From Tubulanus polymorphus (lineage: Eukaryota > Animalia > Nemertea): 64,000 bases of DNA. The stretch covers positions 7,286,451 to 7,350,450 of the forward strand of contig NC_134035.1 of the NCBI RefSeq assembly GCF_964204645.1, in the 5' to 3' direction. Below, one piece after another: positions 1 to 12,237 of the stretch (its first letter is position 1; each line of letters opens with the position of its first letter). The translations under genes were made by a program, and so were the position numbers. Below the pieces are notes generated by a model. It saw only the letters and a list, made by a program, of their open reading frames with translations, searched no databases and was not told the origin of the DNA.

Positions 1-125
1 AATCAGATTGCTCGTTGTATAATCGTTGAGGCAAATTTCAAGGAAGAACTATAAATGGGAAAACCCGGGCTAAAATAAAACGGGATTTCTGATAGGCTAA
101 AAATCACATCATCTGAACTGCGCAT
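1..125 (-). mobile_element. Fragment of the tRNA-derived SINE family also at 16430-16824
   Basis: gattgctcgttgtataatc...gaagaactataaatg...gggctaaaataaaacgg is shared with 16570-16690. Confidence 0.45.
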
Positions 126-225
126 GTATCTGCGCACACGGTCGATTATGGCAGGGTTTCGTGCCGTGGAAATCTCGATGCCATCAGGTTCGAATCCCTG
201 CCGGAGAGGATGGGGAGAGTCGTGA

Positions 226-373
226 GTGTCGGGTATGTCGGGAGTGTCGGGTATGTCGGGAGTGTCGGGAGTGCCGGGTATGTCGGGGATTGTCAGGACT
301 GTCGGGTTTGTCGGGACTTTCGGGTGTGTCGGGAGTGCCGGGTATATGTCGGGAGTGCCAGGTATGTCGGGAT
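226..373. repeat. 9-bp unit minisatellite (RTGTCGGGW)n
   Basis: Tandem gtgtcggga/atgtcggga/gtgtcgggt units; explains the repetitive ORFs 161-481 and 210-437. Confidence 0.9.
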
Positions 374-510
374 TGTCATGAAAGTTCCCGTAGGATATGG
401 ATGGGATACTGTGAATGGTATATTGATTCTCGAATAATTAGTAGAGGGAGAACTACGCAAGGTATGCGTGGGAGAACATAGAAATTATTTCTAAATGTAA
501 TGCGGTCTTG

Positions 511-1531
511 GAGACTACTTAACCGTATACTGGACTTACGCCAGTTACCAGGTTCCAGTTACAAGTTATAACCAGTTTCCAGTTACCAGGTTCCATTTTG
601 AGGCGGTCACACAGGTCCCGCATTGTTGGATAGATTTAAACATTTTTCTAAACTAAAACCTTTAGCGCGGTTGCTTGTCGAACATCCCGCTTTTGGCACA
701 CAATTTAAACTTATGAATCGTTAGAACGGTGAAAATTTCTATTTTCTAATGGTGTGTATTTCATTTTTCTCGGCTGCAACGATCGGATACAGTTACAGTT
801 TATAAAAGATGTGTCACTTGTAGTAAGGCGCCTCAAAAATTGACAATTTTGTGTCATTGGCTGTAACGTTTTAATTTTTTGAGATGTTGAATTTTCTGAT
901 GTTGATACGAATTGAATATAGAGTTTTATCTGGGAATTTGTTGATATTGCATTCGTAAAAATATCTTCATAGAAACGCGTGTGCCCGACGGGCGAGTCAA
1001 GCGCACAGCGCGAGCGAGTGGTTGAACGTCGATTTTCTGCATACGCACATTATGCTATTTTCATGGAAATTTTCAAACTTTTTTTTCTATTAGAATCATC
1101 GTTTGATTGTTTCCATGTTGAATTGCGGGTACTTGGTGTGAAATGAATAAATGCAGTACTTGCAAATCTCGACATTAGGCAGCCAACAAAATTAAACCAA
1201 ATCAGTCGCTTGCCAGTTTAGGCTGTTGGAGGATTGTTTACCTTAATCGGTCTCGAAATTTCGGGTCATGTACTTCGATTTAAACAAGAAAACTCGACAC
1301 AACGATATCTTTGCTTCGATTTCGGAATAAAACCCGTTTCAAAACAAATCAAATCAAATCTATCAAATAAACAAGATCGACAATCCCTTTATAAATAAGA
1401 AAATATGACATCATCGAAGCTGAGCGCGGAGAGTTTCGTGCGCCGTGGCCGAGTTGCGCGATGCCATCAAGTTATACTCCCTGTCGTAGGAGGAAGTTGT
1501 AGGTTATTCGTAAGTCTCATTAAGTACGTTC
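511..1531. mobile_element. Possible non-autonomous DNA transposon with degenerate TIRs
   Basis: Left gagactacttaa...gacttacg versus right cgtaagtc...ttaagtacgttc; no TSD confirmed. Confidence 0.25.
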
Positions 1532-1549
1532 AAAATCATGGTTTTTCAG

Positions 1550-2052
1550 ATCCACGCGATGACGATATTTTAGATAAGGAAGACGAAACTATTTTACCGC
1601 CGAGTCCAAAGTTGCGTATAACATCAAATCGACGTAACAGTTCTGCTGGCCGTTCGTCGCCTGACAGTCCCGACCCTCGATCTCCAGGACCAAGAACCAT
1701 AATACGTAACTTGTCGGCGATGAAGTGCGCATATTCTTCGAGACCTCGAGACGGCGATGAGAGCACGCAAATACAAACAGCGAAGGACGCTTCGGATACC
1801 GACGAAATGCCGTCTCTGTTATCATCAACCAGTCACAATAACGATAATCAAACAGCGGCGAAGTCTCGACCTAGCGAAAGCAATAATAGCTTTGATCCGT
1901 CGCGTTTACCGAGAAGTCCCCCACTCGGCTACACGGGACGTAGAAGTAAGGAGTTGTCTTCGGGTCGTCGCCTGAGATTTCCGAACCGACCGAAAAAATC
2001 GATGGAAATCAGACGGTCTATTTTAAAGAGCAATTTCCAAAAAAAACATTGA
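1550..2052 (+). CDS. Last coding exon of an upstream TRPC paralog (rest of gene outside window)
   Basis: Acceptor tttttcag|at in phase 1, as for exon 25726-26510; shared blocks PPSP, SSGRSSP, AYSS, SDTDEMP.LL, SRPSESNNSF, LPRSPPLG, SGRR.R.PNRPKKS, NF..KH-stop. Confidence 0.8.
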
Positions 2053-3728
2053 CGTTGATTTCGTGGACTTCTGTTCGACTGGTGATATGATTATGAAATA
2101 AAAATACATGCGGATATAAAAGCGAAGATCTTCACCTCTTAAGAATGACGCATAAATTGAATTAAAGCTACGCTTTAGTATTTGTCAATTTAAAAAATCT
2201 TTTTCATAAATGAAAAATAAGAAATAACCCAAATTCGTGTAAGAATACGCGAGGGGCATAAGAATGGCAAAATGTCATTTCGCCATTACTTCTAGAAGTG
2301 TATTCAGATTAAAAAGTTGTCATAGAATGAACTGTCGTCACGTAAGTTACCATGAAATAGGATCGACCAATACTGCCCACAGTGCCAATCAAGAAAATAA
2401 AACATACAATATTGAAGTGAATAGTTATTAGTTTATAATAATATACATTTTACGTGTCAAATACATTTGTATTATCATATGCCAACACCCCTATCATACC
2501 GTGTAACAATCTAATACATGTATCTACGACTAGATATCTATAGCCGGCCTGCCAATGGGGTAAGACCTCTAGAAAAAATATTACAGCATTTTTTGTTAAT
2601 GGTTGGCAAAATACATCAATCAATAGATTCGATCCAATAGTTCATGAAAATGCCTGTTGCCACTCTGGGGTATTGACTTTGTCACCTATAGGGGGTGCTG
2701 AAGTTGCTATGGTTAATTACCATATTGCGATTTTGTTTATGTTTACTTGCTGTATAGAAATCATAAAATGTAATATGTAGTTAATCAGTATAACATTTGC
2801 TTAATTAGTCCAAATATCTTAAATTGTCAAATGTTTAACATCCTGTTACACCAACTTAATTATCATTGTTGTCGGTTGCTAGGCAACAGTATGCAAAAAA
2901 CTATTGAAACGCATAAAAAACTGTATTGGTGGGTGGGCTAACTGTCTCCTGACTTCAAATTATGACACAAAGGTTACCATTTGCCTCGATTTAGTGTATG
3001 GTGGTAGGAGTAATTTAAAGACACAATCAAGATCATACCTTAGTTTTGGAAAATTCCGGCTTTTCAACATCGTCATCACCGCCATTACTAAAAATCACAT
3101 TTTCAACAGTAATTTTGCAACCAAATCACCTAGACCGGTAAAATTGGTGTTTTCATGTACTAAATCGTGGTCAAACTGTCGGATAATATTATTTTTAATC
3201 AATTTTGACCTATAATTTGGCCGTTATTAAATTTAAGGTTGAAAATGAGATTTTTAGTTATGGCGGTGATGACGATTTTGAAAAACCGCCATATTTCAAA
3301 AGTAAGGTATGATTTTGATTGTGTCTTTAAATTACTTTACTCCTACCACCATACACTAAAGCGAGACAAATGGTAACCTTTGTGTCATGATTTGAAGTCG
3401 AGAGACATTTAGCCCACCCACCAATACAGTTTTTATGCGTTTCAATAGGTTTTGCATACTGTTGCCTTAGCAACCGACAACTATGACAGTTAAGTTGTGT
3501 AATAGGATGTTAAACATTTGACAATTTAAGTTATCTGGACTAATTAAGCAAATATTATACTTATTTATCTGCATGTTGCATTTCATGATTTCTATACAAC
3601 AATAAAACATAAACAAAACCGCAATATGGTAATTAACCACAGCAACTTCAGCACCCCCTATAGGTGAAAAAATCAGTACCCCAGAGTGGCAACAGGCATT
3701 TTCATGGTTTGTTGCCAACCATTAACAA

Positions 3729-5127
3729 ACTAGGGGTCCAAGGACACCACTTGGGAAGTGGTTTCAAATGCTCAAAAATCTTACAATTTCAATATTCAAC
3801 GCCCCCTGGTGACCATATACAAAATGACCAATGACCTTGAAACTAACCACAATCATAGAACACGTCAGCAGCTACGATTTTGTAATGGATTGTGATAATA
3901 AAATATGCCTCGTTACCAATTTAATATGGAAATACTAAGTTATTCTACTATTCAACGCCCCCTGGTGACCATATTCCAAACCCAATGTCCTTGAAACTCA
4001 CCACAATCGTTGAACATGTCATGAGCTACAACTTTGCAATTGGTCATGGTAACCAAATATGCCTAGGTACCAATATAATAAGGAAATACTAAGTTATTTT
4101 ACTATTCAACGCACCCTGGTGACCATATTCCAAACCCAATGTCCTTGAAACTCACCACAATCGTTGAACATGTCATGAGCTACAACTTTGCAATTGGTCA
4201 TGGTAACCAAATATGCCTAGGTACCAATATAATAAGGAAATACTAAGTTATTCTACTATTCAACGCCCCCTAGTGATCATATAGAATAACTAATGTCCTT
4301 GAAACTCACCACAATCATTGACGATTTCATTTGCTATAACTTTGCAATTGATTGTGGTAACAAAATATGCATTGGTACAAATATAATAAAGAAATACTAA
4401 GATATAGTATTATTCAACGCCCCCTGGTGGCCATATACAAATACTTATGACCTTGAAACTCACCACAATCATAGAACACGTAATAAGCTGCAACTTTCTA
4501 ATTCATTGTGGTAACAAAATATGCTTAGGTATCAATATAATATCGAAAAACTTTTTCCCACCTATGAATGAGTACTGATGAAACCAAGATGGCCGCCAAT
4601 TGCGTCATAATTGGCTGATATACCTGTCCCAGGTATTAAACATCCCTTTCCAAAGAATTCCCATCAGCAATTGCAATGAGGAATGGCAAACCAGCAGGAA
4701 GCTACAGGACTCAGAATTCGGGCCAAAATTGACATTTTTGGCCACTTAAAAGGTCATAGGACGTTCTTCTTGAGTCCTATCGACCCATGTTTTGTTATGC
4801 TGATGGGTCCTGGGGGGATTCAAATATACACGAAAGATCAAGGTAATTGATCAAAACATCTTCAAAATTTCCCTCAAAACGCGTAAAAAGTTCTAATTTT
4901 GGCGAACAACAATGGCTGCCAGTCGGCCATCTTGATTCTGACAGGGCCAGTTTTTGAGCTGAAGATGTGTCTAGGGTAGATACATGTGTCCCCCATATAT
5001 CAAGACATTACATTGAAGCGTCTTCAACAAAACTTCCCAAAATAACTGGGACGGACGAACGGACGGACGGACGTCCGCACAAGTGAACGCAATAGCCCGC
5101 TGGGACTTAAGTCCCAAGCGGGCTTAA
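3729..5127 (+). mobile_element. Helentron-associated non-autonomous element (HINE; pearl/DINE-1-like architecture)
   Basis: Internal ~155-bp tandem array, (GGAC)n microsatellite ~5049-5073, terminal hairpin agcccgctgggacttaagtcccaagcgggct, insertion in an A run without TSD. Confidence 0.7.
3793..4560. repeat. Five ~154-156-bp tandem repeats inside the HINE
   Basis: tattcaacgcccc..gtgaccatat starts at 3793, 3949, 4103, 4257, 4411. Confidence 0.9.
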
Positions 5128-5408
5128 AATACCGTAATCTCCCATTTTTGGACCCTCGGCAGGCCGACTACAACAAAATAATCGGATATCTACGACTTAG
5201 GCAGCTTGCTAACATAGGTCCAAGATCGTAAATATACGTAAATATATACAATTTTGGAAGAAATGAATTTAAGATGACTACGAGAGAGTGTTTAATACCT
5301 TGAAGAAGAATAACCGGATGAAAATAGTTTTCAAATTGAAAAAATAACCATTTATAATATAGCTCATATCCAATGAAGAAAATTACGTGTGACATTGTAT
5401 CAAATTTC

Positions 5409-6194
5409 TCAAATTTCCGGACAAACAGCAGTTTCAGTTGCAGTCACAGGAACTGGTTGTTCATTTTTCGGAGAGACTGACAAAACGTCATTGGCGACGA
5501 CATAGTACACATGGTTAACTTGATACGACATAACCAACGCGCAGATATAGGACAACTGCCAGCTAGTGATGAGAAATCCAAGTATGGATGTGATGGTTCC
5601 AGTCAAGTATAGAGATGCGCGTCTGTAATTATACGTGTTTCTATTATAGTGATCATTCATGTAGAGACCCATAAGATTCTGATACACGGAGAACAATGAG
5701 AAAATGAGAGCAAGTGTTGAAAATATTATACCGCGGACAAGGGGCAGTCGTCTCTGGCCGTTTCGACCCGAGATACAAGACACCGCAGTCAAAAAGAAAA
5801 CTACACTGCAGATGAACAAAATTCCCTTGTCCACCATAACGGCTGAGCTCCTCCTTGCAACCCCCAACCAAAAGAAACCAGTAAAAAGCAATGTTATGGC
5901 TATCAACAGCAAAAGGAGGCTTAGAACAACGATCCGTCTTGAATAATCTGGAGCTGATTTCCGTAACTCAGTATTCGCAATGGTAGTTCCCTGGGCGATC
6001 GGCTTAGCCTGTGAACATGCATTTAGAATATGCTGTAGATTTTCCTTGTTCGCTGTTTCGCAGGAAGGCTGGGGCGCCATGGGGTTGAACGGAACTGCCT
6101 CGCCACTTTCTTCAGGCGTATGGTTATAGTCGATTGATTTAGGATCTTCGGCCATTTCAATTTCAATTTTGAGTCCATTATCACCATTGTCCAT
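5409..6194 (-). CDS. Four-transmembrane MS4A/CD20-like membrane protein, 261 aa, single coding exon
   Basis: Splice acceptor ttttctttgcag two bases before ATG 6194; long acidic N-terminus then four hydrophobic helices (IVVLSLLLLL.., GILFICSVVFF.., GIIFSTLALIF.., YLTGTITSILGF..); family inferred from topology only. Confidence 0.65.
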   Translation of the reverse strand: MDNGDNGLKIEIEMAEDPKSIDYNHTPEESGEAVPFNPMAPQPSCETANKENLQHILNACSQAKPIAQGTTIANTELRKSAPDYSRRIVVLSLLLLLIAITLLFTGFFWLGVARRSSAVMVDKGILFICSVVFFLTAVSCISGRNGQRRLPLVRGIIFSTLALIFSLFSVYQNLMGLYMNDHYNRNTYNYRRASLYLTGTITSILGFLITSWQLSYICALVMSYQVNHVYYVVANDVLSVSPKNEQPVPVTATETAVCPEI

Positions 6195-8277
6195 TTCTGC
6201 AAAGAAAATATGAACAAACAAACGCACGCGTAGTTAGAATTTAATTAAACAGGTTTTGCTTGAGCAAAGCACTAAAATATAACGACGCAATAAAAGTGAA
6301 TTGAATAGATAATGCTAGGAATTAAGTAGTGTGTAATAACATCAGTGACCGCATCTCTATACACTCAGTAGACCGCTTCTCATTCAGTGGCTCAGTTGGT
6401 GCAGCGTCTGATACATCATAAATTGATATATCAATGGTTGGCAATAGATTCTTACGATAAGTGCTCAACTATATTCGCAGCTAAAAATATGACTGATACT
6501 GTCTAAAATTGTTGTGATACAACATGAACGTTCGTACGATCAGGAAGGTGGGGTGAACTCCCACCTCCCTGGTACGATCCATCGAATCACCGACAGAACA
6601 GAACTACCCTTACATCACGTCGTGTCAAAGCAACTAAATACGGGAAACGTTTCTATATTCATATAATAATATTATTCTATATCGATATACCGCTACTGTG
6701 ACACCATTTCAACCCTCTTACCTCTTTTTGTTCTTGGCTGTGTTATTGACCAGCAGATAAGGGTATAGATATCTACCACACTCAAGTGCGACGCGCTGTA
6801 TATACACTGTTGTTTCGTGTAAAGCAACTCAATCGTCTGTACAGTATTCTGACCTACTTGTCTCAGCGGCTTAATCCAGAGGCAGCAGCTTCCCTGTATA
6901 CTAGTGGGTGGTACAGACGATTGATGGAACTCAGTGCATGGGTACTGTTCGTATTGCCATGATTTTTGCACGCTGATACAGGCATCTTTGTTCATGGGCA
7001 ATGGCTCGTGTGTTGAAATAATTCTTATCTCATCACCAATACGTGAACCCCAATAAACCTCGGAAAAAAGCATCGACAGCGACTTAATCATAGCGAATGG
7101 CGCTGTCGGACTACAATCGCTTCTGAACAAATCGCTCAATTATGCAATGTTCATAGTATAGAAAAACAAAGAAAGAAATTTCCCCAAAAAATCTCATCAT
7201 CGTGTTACAGACAATTATGCATATAATATCGAGACAATTTTATTGTACAGATACCAATAAATCAAACAGTGGTGAGGGTGGATTGGCTTTTTTACAAGAG
7301 CTATTAACAAACTTAAGCTTAATAAGCTAATTTTAAAGACCATGCAAAAAGTGTAAAAAATAAGATAATGATCCACCAAGATATTTTCAAAGAGTGAAAC
7401 GATAGAAAAACGATGATCAAATCTGACTAGCGCAATTCGCTAAAAATCTGAAAAGACGCAAGAATTAATTTTGACAAAACATTTGCTATGACGCCAACGA
7501 AAAAAATGTAGAATTTTTGGGATAAACTAATGTGGGATTGCAAATTTGAAATCGAAGCTTTAAGAAATTTGGGGAATTGTCAGATTTGGCGATTGGTAGC
7601 AGGTCCGACCGGGCTGAGGAGTCCTCCCCACCGGGGCTGCCACCCTCCTCTTTTCGGCCAGGGGTTGAAGTAGACATTTTCATTTGAAATAGAAATAGGC
7701 TTGTTTATGTTATTCTGTATGAATTACGCATGTGTTTTATATGTTGTGTTTTCTTATTCTGAAATGTGTAACTTAATTGAATGTAACGTAATGTTAAACA
7801 TAGGGATGAATAAAGAATTGAATTGATTTGTCACCTGAAGCACATGCCATCAGAGGAAGCGGAGCCGTATATGACAGCTATGCTATCATAAATTGCTAAT
7901 TGGGATCGCTCATGACATCGGCATACCCGGCCCTAATATCGAACACATTTTCTAAAACATTTGAATATTGAAATTACATGTTTACACATTTTTATATTGA
8001 CCGCTTGTAGCCGTCGATAAAATTCACGCTGGGTAGACTGGTTACCGGTCTCTATCTTCAATTAGACATTGAATTACCATTGGATGTTGATTAGCATTTT
8101 GAATGGGACAGGCAACCAGTCTACACGATGGGCCCATCTTACTAGACTGGTTGCCGGTCTCTAACTTCAGCTATTCTGATCACGATTGGTAGAACACTAT
8201 ATCCGTGTTGACGCGATGAGGAGAGAATCCCACAATGATAATAAAAAGTCCGAAAATGAAACTTCGAGATAGTAGTT

Positions 8278-8323
8278 TATTTCAACGTTTCGACTATATC
8301 CTAATAGTCATCTTCAGGAATAA
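8278..8323 (-). ncRNA. Minimal hammerhead ribozyme (Penelope pLTR)
   Basis: CUGAAGA - stem II gactat/atagtc - GAAAC-GUU on the minus strand. Confidence 0.75.
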
Positions 8324-8686
8324 TGAGATACAACAGAAATTATGAGATATATATACAATCCAGAGACAAAGAGACTAATTCAAGTAATCAGAGATGATAC
8401 AAACTAAAGGAAAATTAACGTAGAAACAGTTACACGCTAAAATAGATTAAAGGGAAGCAAACTAAGGGGTGATTATAAACAACAATAGTGAGTATAAATA
8501 TAAATGAAACTTAAAGTCAGTAGTAAAAAGGAAGACAAACTAGGGGGCACTTAAATTAAAACAAAGGTGAATACAAGTAAGTCAGAGACGAATTAGATGA
8601 GAGAACAAATAACAAATAATCAAAGGGGAAATCAAGTGTTCAATCTCTGGATTGTATATATATCTCATAATTTCTGTTGTATCTCA

Positions 8687-8733
8687 TTATTCCTGAAGAT
8701 GACTATTAGGATATAGTCGAAACGTTGAAATAA
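8687..8733 (+). ncRNA. Minimal hammerhead ribozyme (Penelope pLTR)
   Basis: ctgaaga tgactattaggatatagtc gaaacgtt. Confidence 0.75.
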
Positions 8734-10105
8734 ACTACTATCTCGAAGTTTCATTTTCGGACTTTTTATTATCATTGTGGGATTCTCTCCTCTTCAGCTA
8801 TTCTGACTGCGAATGCAGGTGGCGCAGAATTGGGCAGGCGACCAGTCTACCATCTAACCGAATAATCCGATTTATTTATCATTTCTACTTATTCCTGTCG
8901 CTTGTGACATAAACATACATCCATTTCTATTACAATACGTCATAATGATATTCAATGAAGTATAACATTTCGACGTTCAAATAGAGCTCATTATATAATC
9001 ACAGGAAGACATTCTACACTTTGTCAATTTTTGCCAAATAGCTTTTATGTGTACACATAGACCTGTGACGTTTTGCACATCGATTTACGGTTGTCGTTTG
9101 TAAAATAAGGCTTAACATTGTTAGGTTTCATTATGGTAACGTTTTATAAGGCGTCAAAAAATGTTGATGAAGCGAAAGTTAAAAGGGCTAAGATCCTAAA
9201 ATTCAATGGCGCGAGGAAGGAGTACAGTTTTCACTAATCTTGAAAAAAAACGAAAAAGGAAAACAAATGATATACCGGTAAATGCATTCGTACGATGGGA
9301 GGTAATACCTTAAAAACTGAGCAAGATGATAGAATGAATATCAAAGTTAAATTTTATCAAGATTATACAAAAGAAACGACTGAACCGTTGTGCAAGAAAC
9401 TTTCTGGGATTATAGCTATAGCTATTAGTATATATATAACTATAGACGAATCAATTTATTGTACGAAATCTTTTAAACTTGACAAATCACAGCTGGTTAA
9501 GATGGATCATCTCCATTAATTTCTATAAAACCTTGGCCGTTAATGAAATACGATTTTATTACCGTATAATCTATTCTCTAGGTTTGAGCGTGGCTTCTTC
9601 TAAATTTCTACATTTTTATAACGTTTGCTAGCATCATGAAGACATACATAAATAAAAGCAATACATTTAAATTCATTTTCATAAAATTTACCACGAATTT
9701 AATAGAAATGTTTTAGTTATTAAGTACTTAAATAATAGATTAAATGCTGTGGAATACGTGACCACCAGCACGATGACAGCAAACGACGACGATGACAGAA
9801 AACTAGATGTCCAGCTGGAGAGAGATCGTTATTTGACTGCCAAGTACAAAATCTACACAGGTTTATATACAGGCAAGAATTATGAAGTATAGAATAGCTT
9901 TTATCGCAAAAGTGCCAGTTTAGGGTTTTAACGATAAAATGCACTAGGTAACTGATCAATATAGAGAGGACTGCATGGTAGGTTTTAGCCAAATGCTATG
10001 AATCAGAGTTCAACAATGGGATTGAATCAACACAATAAGATCAGTATTACAATCGAGAAATATTCAATAACTGTCTCTAACAAATACTTTAGTTATTATT
10101 ATATA

Positions 10106-11812
10106 CTAGCTGAATACCCGTCCAATGGACGGCTTACAAAAATCATTCATTTTAATTGGCCGGGAAATTAATCTAAATGTTTCAAATGTTTAGAGTTCGT
10201 GGAACCAACCCCACACCTCTACCCCGTCCGACCTGTCCGTGGTACAAAACCTATGCCCCAGCCGCTTTTAGGCCCCTCGTCCTTGTTCCATCCTTGTACT
10301 TAATGTACTGACCACACCACCCGTACGTTCATTTAAAAGGCCCCTCCTATCAACCAACGAATTGCATGATATTATGCTTAAATTGTGGGACTACCATTAA
10401 TCGAAAATTGCCGAGAGTCGCTCGACGATGATATTAGGATTCTGTATTTTGTACCACTGTTTGACATTATTTTTTTAATATCTCTCATACGTACATACAT
10501 ACATTTTCTTAAGTATGTACTATTCGAATGCTGTGTTATAAAATTTACCACGAACGCACGCATCCGCAGCCCCCAGAGCCATCCCGGGAGGCTACATTTG
10601 GGCCCCTATCTGCCAGTGACGGGTGTTCGAACATCGCTGAATTACTGAATCATTGAATCGCTGATTATTATATCAATTTTGCTGATTCATTGAATTCATT
10701 TCTAAATACACTGAATCCATGTCACCCCATCGCATAAAGAAAGTGTATTATTTGATCGCTTCATTGATAAATTTTGTTACATTCGTTAAAAATTCAGTTG
10801 GACTACGGTAACGGACGTATTTTGCAGAGAGCGGTAATGGCTTTCGCCGCTAAAGTCATCAGTACTTCGATGTAGTCTACAGCTTTAGTAGGGATTCGCC
10901 CTAGGAACCTGAGGTTCAGAAATGCTAGAAAAATATACGAAAAATCATGACGATTGAAATGTAAGGCAACGATTTAAATGAAATAGTTGACTGCTGGATG
11001 TAATTCCAAACTGGCGTTTGTTTGTCCTGCCGGGCCGCTTACCGCGATTTGAATTCAATGTTAGAGTGCTATTAATAACTTTAATTTTGCTCTAAAGGCG
11101 TTACCGTCGTCAAATATGCTGTCATGTATATGCTTTTTATCATTTATTATAGCCTACATTGTTTTTTACAATTATTTGAAAAAAATCATTGAAATGCAAA
11201 AAGATTATAATTAACACAGTAACGTTTCAGCAATTCAGTGATTCTGTGATTCAAAGATTCAGCGAAGTTCGAACACCCGCCAGTAAACTGTCTTTGGTAT
11301 GGAACCATTCTGAAAAACTGCGCAATGTGCCTGTCCCCCTCCAAGAACCATTCTGAGACGCTGCATATGGGTGGGCAACACGGTCAGAACATATCGCTAA
11401 AAATTCCAGTCATATTAATTTTGATCCAAAGATTACGTGAATGAATGTCTTAACAAATGTTTTAAACACCCGAAATTCACAACTGAGGCACAAATCAGTG
11501 TTGAGAGAACCGTGTCATGTACTGTTCTGATGCTGCGTTGTGTATCTTAGGTCGGTCAGGTCAGTAAATTACTGTAGTATTACTACAGAAGTATAGTACG
11601 GTACTTTACTGTTAGATGACGAACACATCGAATTTCAGCTCGGGCCTAAAATGAATATTGTGACTCCCCCGGACCACCAATCTGTTTGAAACATGTAACA
11701 TGATGACGGGAAAAACTGGTATTAAGCATCAGTAAATGGACGTTTCAATACATGCATTAATTTCCCTACAATGTGTCGCGGTAAATACCGTCGTTCTGCT
11801 TTATAGTATAGA
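10106..11812 (-). mobile_element. Non-autonomous Helitron
   Basis: Minus strand 5' TCTATACTATAAAG, 3' hairpin ccgtccattggacgg then CTAG, between A and T, no TSD; pairing of the two ends is inferred. Confidence 0.6.
10618..11281. mobile_element. MITE nested in the Helitron, 3-bp TSD (AGT)
   Basis: TIRs gacgggtgttcgaacatcgctgaat / attcagcgaagttcgaacacccgcc; agt on both flanks. Confidence 0.7.
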
Positions 11813-12153
11813 TATATAAACTGATAAACTGATGCCTTGGACAATAGTATCGGTGAACCAAGCAGCAACGCATACAAACAGGACCATTTAACAATACACC
11901 CGAAATTTGCATGGAATGAACTAGATTTAAAGGTTACCTTTTATTAACCCCCGTGTTTATTGCTCTGAGGGCCATAAAACCACACGCGTTCACCCACAGA
12001 AGTTATCGTTTAAGTATATTGAACCCGTCTATAGGATCATTTCGCAGGTATAAGCACGCACGTATACGTAGCCAATTCGGCGGTGCTGGCTCCCTTGGTG
12101 TGGGGTTAATAAACACATCGAATTTAAAAATCGCGATAAAACTAATGTGAATT

Positions 12154-12237
12154 ATGGCGAACAAAATCGCAGGAAATATAGAACAGTCGATTCAACCTCA
12201 GAATTTTGGGCAATTGATGAACAAGGCGGATGGAACG
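12154..12237 (+). CDS. TRPC: TRPC putative first coding exon
   Basis: ATG in attATGG, 28 codons, donor cg|gtgagt, phase 0 matches exon 2; no conserved motif. Confidence 0.6.

Larger units (their letters stand above)
2541..5170. mobile_element. Foldback (long-TIR) non-autonomous DNA transposon, right arm interrupted by a HINE
   Basis: Termini tagccggcctgcc / ggcaggccgacta; arms ~2590-3115 and ~3230-3728 are reverse complements; right arm resumes at ~5128 (aataccgtaat). Confidence 0.7.
8180..8791. mobile_element. Penelope-like element remnant: two inverted pLTR fragments with a 15-bp TSD
   Basis: 8180-8637 is the reverse complement of 38515-38983; ~8645-8791 is a forward partial copy; TSD cttcagctattctga at 8165-8179 and 8792-8806. 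Confidence 0.85.

Noticed and set aside
161-481. Cys-rich and collagen-like ORFs
   Set aside because: Translations of a 9-bp minisatellite
1405-1549. N-terminal part of the 215-aa ORF
   Set aside because: Upstream of the splice acceptor; homology to the paralog starts at 1550
3793-4560. Regularly spaced motif resembling a CRISPR array
   Set aside because: Whole ~155-bp units are homologous, no unique spacers, eukaryotic context
6693-7139. 148-aa minus ORF
   Set aside because: Non-ATG start, no motif or splice support; possibly old TE debris
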